Shown here: positions 27,575-39,179 of the stretch, in pieces
Numbering within the stretch: position 1 is the first letter of the stretch
Layout: every line of letters begins with the position of its first letter
Source of the DNA: Paraspadella gotoi
Taxonomy: Eukaryota > Animalia > Chaetognatha
Assembly (NCBI GenBank): GCA_051294375.1
Contig: CM119270.1
Location: 14,499,164-14,563,163 of the forward strand
Direction of reading: 5' to 3'
Length of the DNA: 64,000 bases
Notes under the pieces: generated by a model
Databases searched by the model: none
Seen by the model: the letters and a program-made list of their open reading frames with translations, nothing else
What the model was told of the DNA's origin: nothing
Program-made: the position numbers and the translations under genes

Positions 27575-29140
27575 TCATATTGTTATGGATTTTTATTCGA
27601 GATTACAAAGAATGAGTTTAGGATTATTTTCGGAGAATTTTTCTTGGAGTGGTAAAACATTCATTTTTTCTCTTAAGTGTTAAAACTTTTATGTAGGAAG
27701 TGACAACCGAAAAAAGAAATTGTATTAGCATAATATTACTGGATATAATTCATAGAGTGGAGTCATGGATAAAGTAATGAAGCGCGAAGGAGGAGGAACG
27801 ACACATGAAGGGTTTGGCGAGCCCCTGATCGGTAGCTACGGTCATCGGGGACCATGGAGGAGGAAGAAGAGAGAGAGAGAGGGAGAGAGGAGAGAGAGAG
27901 AGAGAGAGGAGGTGCGCAGGCAAGAGGAGGAGGTGAGAAGAGGGAGAGAGAGAGAGAAGAGCGAGAGAGAAGAGCGGGGTGATTCTTTGATTATAGGGTT
28001 TCTTTATTCCACCCGGACGCGTGGCTTGTTACTCATTTGATCAGAGTCCACCAGTGTTAATAATTTCGGCGTGAATAGGAGCTTCGTAACGTCGACGAGG
28101 ATACCAGGTAAATCATTATAAAACTGGTTGGAGGTTGGGCACGCTATTAGGGGATAGGAAAAACGAGAGACATAGAGAAGAGAGAGGGTGGGGGGTGGAA
28201 AAGAGAAGGCGGAGAGAGAACCGTGAAGAGGGAAATAGGAGGAAGGAAAGAGGCGTAAGGAAAGGAAAGTGAGGAGTGTACGAGTGGGATAATAAAAGAG
28301 GGGAAAGGTGAGTGAACGGGCAGGAACAGAATATGATAGAAGCGTGCCAAACTATTGACGGGGGAGAACTTCAGGTTTGCGCAATGCGTAGCCTGGGATA
28401 TACGTGTGTTAGGTACACGGATGACGGATATGAGTTGCTGAGATAGACCGAGAGATTGTGACAGAGGTTTTTAGATTTTAGTTCTTAACAGACTAACTGA
28501 GTGTGTTTGTTAAGGTGGGAAAACCGCATGAATGAGTAAGAGGAGTATAGCTGTGGGACGACCGACAACAGACAGTATATAGTGAACTTTAGAGTTAAAA
28601 CGACGAAATCAGACAGAATGTAGGAGAGTGGTTGGAATATAGTACATAAAACTGATCGACTATGGAGGTAGGCTGTAAATTGACGTAGTTTGGTTTGTCA
28701 GTGATAGGCGCGGGAGTCCAGCGATACTTAGAACGGTTGTGCTGGAGAAATACAGAGGTGATGAGTATTTCTACTAGATCTAGAGTGTCGCTATTAGAAG
28801 CGGCTCGTGTGGGGGGGGAGTGGCCTGGGTATGATGGCAAGGGCAGATAGGATATCAGGATATTTTGTGTAGATATTATGGGGTTGTTTGTTTTGAACAT
28901 AAACAGCACGAGCGTTTGAATTATTAAGAGATTTTATATAGATTGAGAATCCCAGCTTGTTCACGAGGCATATTGTGGGATAAAATGTTTATTTTTCGAT
29001 TTTCTTGAGTGTAAAAATTCATTTTTCTACTTAAGTTTAAAACTTTATGTAGATGACAACCGAAAAAGAAATTGTATTAGAATTAATATTACTGATTATA
29101 ATTCATAGTGGTTGGAAAAATGAAGCGCGAGAGGACACAC

Positions 29141-29198
<58 letters not shown>

Positions 29199-29420
29199 GG
29201 TGATTATATGCGGTTTCTTTCCGCGTCTTGATTACTCTTGAGTCCCCAGTGATTATACGGCGTGATAACTCGTAACTCGAATACAGGTAACATTAACGAG
29301 TCACCATTAAACGAGGAAAGAGAAGGAAAAGAGAGGGTGGGAAGAATAAAAAGGAAAAGGAGGAAAGAAAAAAGGAAAGGGAGGTAAGGGAACAGAGGAG
29401 AGTGAAGGAGGAAAGCGCAC
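27575..29420 (+). repeat. Direct duplication (~27575-28300 vs ~28970-29420) next to a 25-N gap; first copy is insertion-rich
   Basis: TTAAGTGTTAAAACTTTTATGTAGGAAGTGACAACCGAAAAAAGAAATTGTATTAG (27673) vs TTAAGTTTAAAACTTTATGTAGATGACAACCGAAAAAGAAATTGTATTAG (29031). The pattern fits raw long-read sequence. Confidence 0.8.
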
Positions 29421-30732
29421 GACGATGAAGAGGTAAAGTTGTTAAGGAAACATTAGAGAGCGAAGGACGCGACAAATACATGAATTTAAAATAAAGCAAT
29501 CAGAAATTAGGGTTGATATAAAACTACTAATTGTTCGTAGATAGATAAGAGATAAGTTCTACGCTTTGCCTTTGGCAATGGAATAAAATTTTTAGAATTT
29601 TTACAACGTTGAATAATTAAGTAATATAAAATAATCCCTTGTTACATGCAATTTTTATCCTATTGAGAAATGAATACAATATGCACTGGTTGGCGTCCCG
29701 AGGAGCAAATTGCACCTGCGCGCCGCCGAATTCGCGGTAGAGCCTCGTCGTTGAAGCCCCTTCGTTGACCTTTCGCCAAGATGACGCCGATGGTAGCAGT
29801 GGCGTCCATTGCACAGCGACCGCGGGGTCAACGAGTGTGTCAGGACAATATTCGGTCGCCCACTGCGTCGTCATCGTCGTCGTCTTCATCATCGTCGTCG
29901 TCAACGTCGAGATTTCGTTACGCGCTCTTCGAACCAGAACATCATCACCGCCGCCCGAGCGAATCGGAAGGNNNNNNNNNNNNNNNNNNNNNNNNNNNNN
30001 NNNNNNNNNNNNNNNNNNNNNNNNNNNNNNNNNNNNNNNNNNNNNNNNNNNNNNNNNNNNNNNNNNNNNNNNNNNNNNNNNNNNNNNNNNNNNNNNNNNN
30101 NNNNNNNNNNNNNNNNNNNNNNNNNNNNNNNNNNNNNNNNNNNNNNNNNNNCGACGCGACGCGACGACTGTATCCCGATTGACCGTCGCTTCAAATGGGA
30201 CGGAAAAAAATATGGACGAATCGAGATACAGTGGGGAATGGATGGGGAGAGAAAATAAATGGAGATACAGTGGGGAACGGATGGGGAAAAAAAGAAAGAC
30301 GGTTAAGAGGACGAAGGGATTGGCGGCTGTAAAGTACGGCGAGGAATGGGAACCATGAGAAAATTTAGTGGTTNNNNNNNNNNNNNNNNNNNNNNNNNNN
30401 NNNNNNNNNNNNNNNNNNNNNNNNNNNNNNNNNNNNNNNNNNNNNNNNNNNNNNNNNNNNNNNNNNNNNNNNNNNNNNNNNNNNNNNNNNNNNNNNNNNN
30501 NNNNNNNNNNNNNNNNNNNNNNNNNNNNNNNNNNNNNNNNNNNNNNNNNNNNNNNNNNNNNNNNNNNNNNNNNNNNNNNNNNNNNNNNNNNNNNNNNNNN
30601 NNNNNNNNNNNNNNNNNNNNNNNNNNNNNNNNNNNNNTTGTCGCGAGTTGTAATTAATAATTAGCGGCATTATCTGCCTTCGCCTTTCCGACTGCTAATT
30701 AGATATCCTCCTCTCTCTTTTTTCTCTCTCTC

Positions 30733-30798
<66 letters not shown>

Positions 30799-30904
30799 TA
30801 TCTGAACACTTGTTATTATTTTGCTTCAGCCTTGAATTTTCAACATTTTTTGTTTTAGCCGTTCGTTGTTTTGAACATCTGTTCGCTGGGGCGTCGAAAA
30901 TAGA

Positions 30905-30958
<54 letters not shown>

Positions 30959-31079
30959 GAGAGAGAGAGACACGCACCCTCCGCTTGTTGATAATTACCT
31001 CCGCCGCTGATGAGAAAAAAGAGGGAAAAGAAAATATGAGAGAAAAACTCTTCCCCTGCTTTTCTCTCACTTTTTCTCA

Positions 31080-31117
<38 letters not shown>

Positions 31118-31315
31118 GCCTTTTGTTATGCAAAATATTTATTCCACAATTTTCATCATTCCGTTCGTGATGTATCTCTCTCTTGATCTTTGCCCAAGCT
31201 GCCGGCGTGGTCTGAGGCGTGTTCGTCGGCGTTGTCGGCTGCGGCGGCGGCGTCGACGCGGCGGCAGATGCGGTGGCAGCGGCGTCGGCTGCGTCCTCGA
31301 CGATGCTGATGGCGG
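31118..31315 (-). CDS. Probable internal coding exon (Ala/Pro/Thr-rich disordered segment) of an unidentified gene
   Basis: Acceptor CTTTTGTTTTTAG and donor GTGAG flank 198 nt (phase 1-1). The frame is open: AISIVEDAADAAATASAAASTPPPQPTTPTNTPQTTPAAWAKIKREIHHERNDENCGINILHNKR. It contains a psi-K-x-E motif (IKRE). Confidence 0.4.
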
Positions 31316-32007
31316 CTAAAAACAAAAGGGAAAGAAAAATAACGCCGCCAGAGGAAAAGAATAAGAAAGAAAATGGAAAAAGGGAGAGAGAGAGAAAAAA
31401 AATGAAAGGAAAAATAGGAGAATAAAAAAAAAAGAAGATAAACTAATGGAGTTGATCGAGAAAAAGAGAAGTTTCATAACAACGCCAGGGCAGCGCTTCA
31501 AACCGACACTCCTCCCCTCACGCCCCTCGCACCCCCCCCCTACTCTTGTTCAGAATGAAAAATCGATTCCTGGAAATTATAAAAAAGGAAAAAGACCAGA
31601 GGGCGCGGAAGAGAGGGGATTGATTGATTGAGATCGCATTTACGTGCGCGCGCACGTAAGGTGCAACAGAGAATTTAATTGATTTGTATAAAGTCTTTAA
31701 AAAATGATACGTCCTTACATCAGACTGATTTATCAGACAGAAGAATTGTAAATAATAAAATAGTGCAGGAATTTTAGAGTAAAAAGATTTGGTTGATACT
31801 AAATAAGGTACTAAATGATAAACTAACTTAATTTTTATGAAGTTAAAAATAATTCAAACCATAGTGATGAAACATGTCTGATTTTTTTTCTTTCTCTGAA
31901 GCAGAAAGTTGCAGCTGTGGAGGCAGCTCATAGAAAAGATCAACAATGAATATGAAAAGAAGCCTCTTGGCCGCATCCAACTCACAACAAGCGTAAAGAC
32001 TAAAGAG

Positions 32008-32057
<50 letters not shown>

Positions 32058-33222
32058 CGTCTTTCTTTTCTTCCCACGCATTCGCCTCCACAAAATCGTC
32101 CTGGGAAATTAAAATGCGATCCTGAAAAGTCCTTGGTTTTGCAAACAACAACAAGAGCGTGGGCAGAAGTTGCGTGGTGGATAACGAAATCGACAATGGG
32201 ACCGAGAAAAAACAACAAAGACGCTGAAGACGATGACGAAGAAGACAAAGACGACGTTGCGAGACGTGACAGTGAAAAACTAAATCACTGAATCCAGGGT
32301 TCAATTCTCATCCTTTTCATCCTGTTGATCCTGACGCTGCTTATGTCTACTGTCCTGCAGATAAATAGACATATACTTTAAGACAGTAAGGCAGAAAAGC
32401 GTATTATAAATTAGCGTTTCCACACGACTAAAAATAAGAAAATTTAAAACAGTTATGTGTTGAAAAAAGAAATTCATTGAACTCCGATCAGTTCGTAAAA
32501 TTATTTGACGTTGTTTTTGAAGCAACGAAGATGATGACGACGTTAATAAAAACGACGACGACGTCGACGACGACAACGTCGACGATAATGACGACGACGT
32601 CGCCGCTCACTTGGGCCTCGTTTGAGGTTGCAACGTCAAGGCAAAAAAAGTGAATCTTGATGATTTTAGAAAAAAAAAATTTGAAAAAAAAAGTGAAATT
32701 GAAGGGGAAAACTTTTTTTTCGAAAACGATGATGATAGAGACAATGATGAAGAAAAGCATAAAAAAGAAATAAAGTGAGGAAGAAGGAAAAAGTAAAAAG
32801 AAAGAAAAAAAAAGAAAAAAAAAAGAAAAATCAATGTCGAAGAAAGAAAACTGATCTTATTATGGAATAACTTCTTCCAAAATTCAATCAGTGGAAATAT
32901 TTGCTGACGACGACGACGACGACGACGACAACATCTGGAAAGGGAGAAAATTATATAAGTTATTCTTCGGAAGCGAGAAACTTTATAAAAACCAAAGCGG
33001 CGATTGCTTGCATGGAATAAAAACAGTCTCGCGAGGAAGATTGCCCGTAGAGTGGACCAATTTGTTTGTGGAATTAGATTATCGCTTTATATTTACATTT
33101 GTTATTCAATTTCTAATACAAAGAAACTGACGAAGAGGGTCACACGGAAATCTACCATTTTAAATGGTAAATTTCAGAAAATAAATAAAACATGGCAGCT
33201 AAATCTAGAATAAATTTTAAAA

Positions 33223-33352
<130 letters not shown>

Positions 33353-33461
33353 TAAGTAAATATTCTTCTAAATTTTTCCCCTCCCTATTCTTCAAACGTT
33401 ACACCTTCCTCTCAGAGTAGGCTTAATCATTTCTTTATCAGACGAGAATCTTCCAGCGAAG

Positions 33462-33497
33462 ATGCTTAGTATCTCCGACGCTTTTTCCGCGTTTTTG
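33462..33497 (+). CDS. XK-related protein, coding exon 1 (may be internal; in-frame acceptor ending at ~33441)
   Basis: ATG...TTG|GTAAGT donor, then a 63-nt intron ending CGCCAG at 33560. Confidence 0.55.
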
Positions 33498-33560
33498 GTA
33501 AGTTCTCTTTTTTTGGGTGAGTTAAACCTTCAACGATTTCGATTTGTCCCAACTCGCCAG

Positions 33561-33866
33561 AAACTCTTCAACATTTTTTTGACGACGGCCGACGTCGTGT
33601 CGGATTGGTCGACGATTCGAAGTTTCGCTTGTAGATACGATGGTGACTATAGTCTACTTCGTTGGCTTTCCTACGGGATGATGTCGTCCATGCTGTTGCA
33701 CAACATCATTTCCTCTTGGCACGGAATTCGCTACATCAGCGGACAACATCGAAATCGAAATCTCTACGAGAATATTTGGGGAACGAACTTGAAGAAAGCC
33801 ATTTGCTATTTTCTCTATGTCGCGGGACTCGGCAATGTAGCGCTAAATTACGATTTAATTCTTGAG
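33561..33866 (+). CDS. XK-related protein, exon 2
   Basis: KLFNIFLTTADVVSDWSTIRSF... contains the D-x-x-S-D motif typical of XK-family TM1. Ends GAG|GTAT (phase 0). Confidence 0.75.
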
Positions 33867-34069
33867 GTATATTTAATTGGAGTTTTAATTTATTTTTTTT
33901 AAATTTTATAGTGGAATATTTTGGTTCTTTCTTTTAGTATTAGTTGTGAAATAGAGGGTTGTGGTCGACTTACATAACGACTAAATTCTTTTTGACGAGG
34001 GCCACTAAAGCATCATAGTTGGTATTTGTCAAAAATTGCAATTGTTAAGGCATTGAAATCTAAATTCAG

Positions 34070-34307
34070 ATTATTGGTGGAATTCCGTTGGACGCGACAA
34101 AGGACCATCTGCTTATTGCGTCGACCATCCTTCAAGTGTTTCTCGAATCTCTGCCACAATTCGTTCTACAAGGTGCTGCACTTTTTTTGTCTCTCTCTTC
34201 GGAAACGCCAAAACAATGCTTTCTTTCCAAGAAACACTTCTCCAAACTCCTATGGATTTTTGCAAACAACAAAATAAGCGGTTACTCGTTATTAAAAATA
34301 CCCGAAG
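34070..34307 (+). CDS. XK-related protein, exon 3
   Basis: Acceptor AATTCAG (phase 0). Encodes ILQVFLESLPQFVLQ, the E-S-x-P-Q-x-x-L-Q signature of the XK/Xkr/CED-8 family. Ends GAA G|GTAT (phase 1). Confidence 0.8.
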
Positions 34308-34424
34308 GTATAGTTATAAATTTTGTTGTTTGTTTTGAAGCTTTCGTCTGGCTTAGCCTTAATTATCAAGCCATGACCGGCAAAGCCGGGTTCAGCTTGA
34401 TACTTCATTTCGGTGAGCTTGTGA

Positions 34425-34481
34425 CGCGTCGTCGTGTCGTGTCGTTCGTCGTCGTACGTCGTCGTCGTCGTCGTCGCGTCG

Positions 34482-34526
<45 letters not shown>

Positions 34527-34540
34527 GTCGTCGTCGTCGT

Positions 34541-34572
<32 letters not shown>

Positions 34573-34642
34573 TCGTCGTCGTCGTCGTCGTCGTCTGTCG
34601 TCGTCGTCGTCGGTCGTCGTCGGTCGTCGTCGTCGTCGTCCG
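34425..34642. repeat. Imperfect (GTC)n microsatellite in an intron of the XK-related gene
   Basis: Read directly; source of several poly-S/V/R/D ORFs. Confidence 0.95.
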
Positions 34643-35359
34643 TCACGCTGTTTTTCCATATAAAAACTACTACGCTTTTATAGGTTTGGCTGTGACTTAC
34701 CGTTTTTTTTTAAATAAAATTATTATGAATTATGATAAAGTTTTACAAAAGTGTGCATTCATAGTAAGTTAAAAATTTAGATATGCTTCTCATCTTGAAA
34801 TAGCTTTGATATTTTCTTATTACATTTGGATTTAAGTATTGTTTGTTTGAATTTCCACTTCATTATAATTTACTGCAATATGAAAATGAGATTATAGTAC
34901 TCATTATCATATCCAAATTAGTATATAGAAATGCTTTAATCTAATTTACATATTGCAGTATATAATATTGAAGATGAAATTCAAAAAATTTATTTTAAAT
35001 CTCTAATAAAAATGGGAACTCAAAATAACTTTTTAATGAGAAGCTATATCTTAATTTTAATACAAATAAAAATAAAATCTTTTACAAGCTGCGATTGGAA
35101 AAAATTGGAAAAATTTCAAATTGTAAACCATTGTAACATTTTTTTCTTTCTTTACTTTTCTTTTTTATATTCTTCTATTCTTTTATTTCAGAAAAAACGA
35201 GTTCAGTTTCTGCACTGACTGTACAGCGGCCTTCAAGCAGCTGTCCAGCTTTGTCTCTCTTTCTCTCTCTCACTTTCTCTTTTCTGTCTCTTTCTCTCTT
35301 TTCGATCTCTTGTGTGATCGTTCTTTTTTTGAAAAATTATGATTATGTTTTTCTTTCTT

Positions 35360-35772
35360 TATGATATACTTCTTTTCGTTGTTTTGAGGTAATAGGAAAA
35401 ACAGTTTTGTTTGACAACGATTTATTTGACACAATTTTTAGTCAGACAGTTTCGGCTCTTTCATTTAGAGCCTTCATCAGTGTTTGACAATCAATATTTT
35501 GTCTCTGTTGAAGTAAGTTTTTGAGAGAGAGAAAGAGGAAGAGAGAGAGAGAGAGAAAATTGAGGGGAGAATTTCCAACAAAGAATAAGGTAAGGGACAG
35601 TGGTCAGATGTGAGGACAGCTGAAGGTGAGGAGAGGGAAGAAGTAAGTTCTTTGAAAAATGAAATGAGAGTGGGAGAGAGAGAGAGAGAGAGCAAAGCAA
35701 AAACTTACTTCAACAGAGACAAAATATTGATTGTCAAACACTGATGAAGGCTCTAAATGAAAGAGCCGAAAC
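35360..35772 (-). mobile_element. 5'-truncated Penelope-like element terminus with inverted 5' segment and 15-bp TSD
   Basis: ATGTTTTTCTTTCTT at 35345-35359 and 35773-35787. A perfect 75-bp inverted repeat (35449-35523 / 35698-35772) contains CTGATGA...GAAAC. An AATAAA tail lies on the - strand. Confidence 0.75.
35441..35488 (-). ncRNA. Minimal type I hammerhead ribozyme-like motif, imperfect
   Basis: The - strand reads CA-CUGAUGA-AGGCUCU-AAAUGAA-AGAGCC-GAAAC-U-GUC-UG. Core and stem II are intact. The stem III loop is only 1 nt and stem I is weak. Confidence 0.55.
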
Positions 35773-36704
35773 ATGTTTTTCTTTCTTAAAAACTTTTATT
35801 CGGGGTTTTTTCTCAATACAAAATCCCAAATTTACATCCGAGATTTTCGTGGGATACATTTTTAAAAAAGTGAGAATAACTTATATTGACATGCATTGTC
35901 ACATATAAATCAGCTAATGTGACTTATTATATATGCAGCACTTTCGCCAAACAATATGCATTACATTTAAAAAAAATAAATTTGTATTTATTTATTATTG
36001 TAACTTTGAACCGGTTGGCCCACTATTGGCAAATTATATCTAAAATAGGAGTTGATAAGAAGATATATGTCAAATTAAACATTACTTTTTTGTTATTCTG
36101 ATAATTTATACTATTATTAAATTTATAAATATTTTTAGTGTATATATTTAATCATTTTTATCTTTTTTTTTAATAATAATTTTGAGTTGTGATAACTATT
36201 TTATAAATTAATTAAATATGCAAATATAAAATTTGACCTCGGTCTGGTTTCTTCCTAAAAAAAGAACAAATCAAAAATTTCATTCAAGATTAAAATTTTT
36301 TAAAATGAGGAAATAAAAATTTTTTGATAAGTAAAAAAAATATTTGGAAGTCAAAAATATCATAGTCGTTAACTGAGTATTTTCAACTATATATTTTGTT
36401 AATAGGGATTATAATTTTTGGATCATTATTATTGAAAAGAGTTTAGTTTTTTTTCTTCTGAATAGGGTAGCCCCTCAATGGGGTGAATCAAAAATTTAGT
36501 ATGGGAACATGCTCAAACGAAAATTTATGCATTTTTAAGTTTACTTTCAATGTACAAAAAATTTCTTATATGGCTCTATACCCAAATATTTATTTTGTAA
36601 ATTTTTTTATAGAAAGGAAAAGAGTTCGTCCCTACTCATATTCGTCGGAAAATGAGTTCAGCTCTGCAGCGGCGGTCCAGCGGCGGTCCAGCGGCTGTCC
36701 AGCT

Positions 36705-36760
<56 letters not shown>

Positions 36761-36938
36761 TTTTTTTTCCTTCTAAAAACTTTATTATCGCCATTTATTC
36801 CGCGCTTTTTTCTCAATACAAAATCCCAAATTTACATCCGAGATTTTCGTGGATTTTTTCCCTAAAAATTCTGATTATTCTTTATATAAACGAGAGAGAA
36901 CCTAATAATGTGTTTCGTTGGCGGGAAAACCGTCCAGG

Positions 36939-36970
<32 letters not shown>

Positions 36971-37188
36971 ACTCATACACGCATTTGTTTGTTTTATTTA
37001 CGATGAATATGTCATCGCGTCAATGAATGACTATCATCGCATCAATGAATGACTATCTCATGGCTTGATCCTTATGCTTTTAAGATTTTTTTTATAAAGT
37101 TTTATTTTAAGTTTTAATTAGTATTTTGACTCGTATTTTAAATAAGAAAAAAAACTATCGAGTAAATAATAAAAATTTTTGTTTTCAG

Positions 37189-39179
37189 TTGTTGACCACA
37201 AAAGCTACAAAGTGGAGACGCAAAAACTCATGGAGAACAGCGAAATTTGTTCCTGCAAGCTGAGAGGAATCTATTCTCCGAGGTTTGAGGTTCTGTGCTC
37301 TTGGCCATTGGAAGACTGGCGGCCTCTCGTTTCCATGGTGATCTCTTCCTTTTCTTTGGTCTTTGCTCTGGTTCCATCCGACATTGACGGTCACAAAATT
37401 TTAAGTCTCTTCCTCCGAGTCTACGGAGTCTTGTCGGGAATGTACGCCATCACTCTCGGCTCTTACTTATTGCTCATGAAATCCATGATGTTTTCACTCG
37501 TGATTTTCGTGACTTTTCCGCTGCTTTTTCTCAGAGTTTGTCCTCCGCATATCTTTATCGGGCATCTACGAACCATCTTTCCCTCTTCCTACTTGGACGA
37601 GATAACGAAACATTTTTCTCAATCTCGAGATTTACGGCGACTCTCTCTCGCTCAAACTTTTTTGTTTTTCAACAGTTTATGCGGCATCGAATACTTTCTC
37701 GAAAGTAAACAAGCTTTGAACGTTTGGAGAAACGAGGAATTGTCCAGCATCGCGTTGAGCAATTATCCCAAAGTCCATATGGATCCGTTATGTGTCGTTC
37801 AGGAAAAACTCTTTCTCTCAGGCGCTCCGTTGAGAGAAATAAAGAGGAGGTGTAGTTCCAATGAGACTACCGTGATGAAAGTCGCCGACAAAAATAAATG
37901 GAGAAAATTAATTTTAAAATTGTATCCGGGAATGATAGACTCTCACCCGAACGAGCCATATCATTCTGCCCTTTTAAATGAGTGGAAAGCTTACATTCAA
38001 AAGTTAGTCTCAGAAGTTTCGATGTACATTGGGAATTTTATATTTCTCAGTCCGGCATATCATTACCAGTCTTACGCAGTGGCCGTTGATAATGTCATAA
38101 ATTTTTTTCTTTGTTGTGTAAATGATATATCATGTCCCGGAAAAAAATTGGAAAAGCTTAAATTCATTTCGGTACTGATTGCATATTGCTTGCCATCGAT
38201 GATTTTTTCAATGAATCGACGAGCGTTGAAAATGGTTCATCGGAAAATCGAAGAGAATAGCGTAAATTTATCGTGGATAGTTTGTTTTATGATTTGTAAT
38301 TTGTTTAACGTAGGATATATGATTACTTCGATTATCGAAATGAGAAAAGCGTTTATCAATACGCTTGCGAGTATGTTTATAGTGTTTCTATTTATTTCCG
38401 GACAATACACATTCTACAACAAACTTGGCTATGAGGCTTTAGCTCTTTCGTCTAAAGATTTGTACCCATATTGTAGCACAGAGTTTAGCGAGATTGCAAG
38501 CGATAAAATCTTAATTTCTCCATCGAAACAAATCCGAAAAAGCTTTGAGCAAAGTTTGGCATCCGTGATGATTAGAGAACTGTACAAAACGCCTTTTGCC
38601 CTGGGTTGGATTGCCACAGTCGGAGTGTACACAACCTTGGTTGTTACGTCTACATTACCCAAAACTCGGCACATCTCTATTCAGTTTCTAGCGTCTCTCT
38701 CTGTCGTTATGACTTTTTTTGGTATCCTCTACGGTTGCATAAACTATCTCGAAACTTTGCAGAGTAAGACAATTTTAATCAATAGTCATTTGCTCGATAA
38801 TTTTAATAAAGCGTTACAAGGCGGCTTCGTCCCTCCGGTTCGCTTTTCTCGGAAATTCGTTGAGTCGAGAAGGATTCGCCCAATTTTTTTGAAGCAGACT
38901 TCGAAGTTGGCGATAATTTGGTTGAGGAGCTACTTGATAAATTTCGCCTTTTACGAAATGCTCAATGGAAAGGGAAGTATCTTGTCCTGCGTCGACGACA
39001 ATGATTTGATCAATGGGACCGAGTTCCGTTTCCTCTCCGAATCCTTACGAGAGTTTTGGGCGACAGTAAAGACTGTGGCGGAAATCCAAAACTACCTCGT
39101 GTGGAACGAGACTTTGTCCGGATTTTTAGCGCCTTTTTCGGGGCTGTTTGTCATGATTTCGTTGGGGCGATATCAGTGA
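37189..39179 (+). CDS. XK-related protein, large terminal exon with multiple TM segments; spliced product ~856 aa
   Basis: A ~2-kb stop-free frame in AT-rich DNA. The acceptor TTTTCAG at 37188 is phase 1, matching the donor at 34308. LVSMVISSFSLVFALV and LSLFLRVYGVLSGMYAITL fit the XK helices that follow the ESxPQ motif. Confidence 0.8.

Larger units (their letters stand above)
35198..36852 (+). repeat. Two direct copies of a ~200-bp repeat (35198-35852, interrupted; 36653-36852, intact)
   Basis: Both share a GAGTTCAG...GCTGTCCAGCTT-(CT)n head and an identical TCTCAATACAAAATCCCAAATTTACATCCGAGATTTTCGTGG at ~35811 and ~36811. Confidence 0.75.

Noticed and set aside
27300-28960. Apparently unique GA-rich segment with short ORFs
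   Set aside because: Largely an error-rich duplicate of 28970-29420 beside a 25-N gap; the sequence is unreliable.
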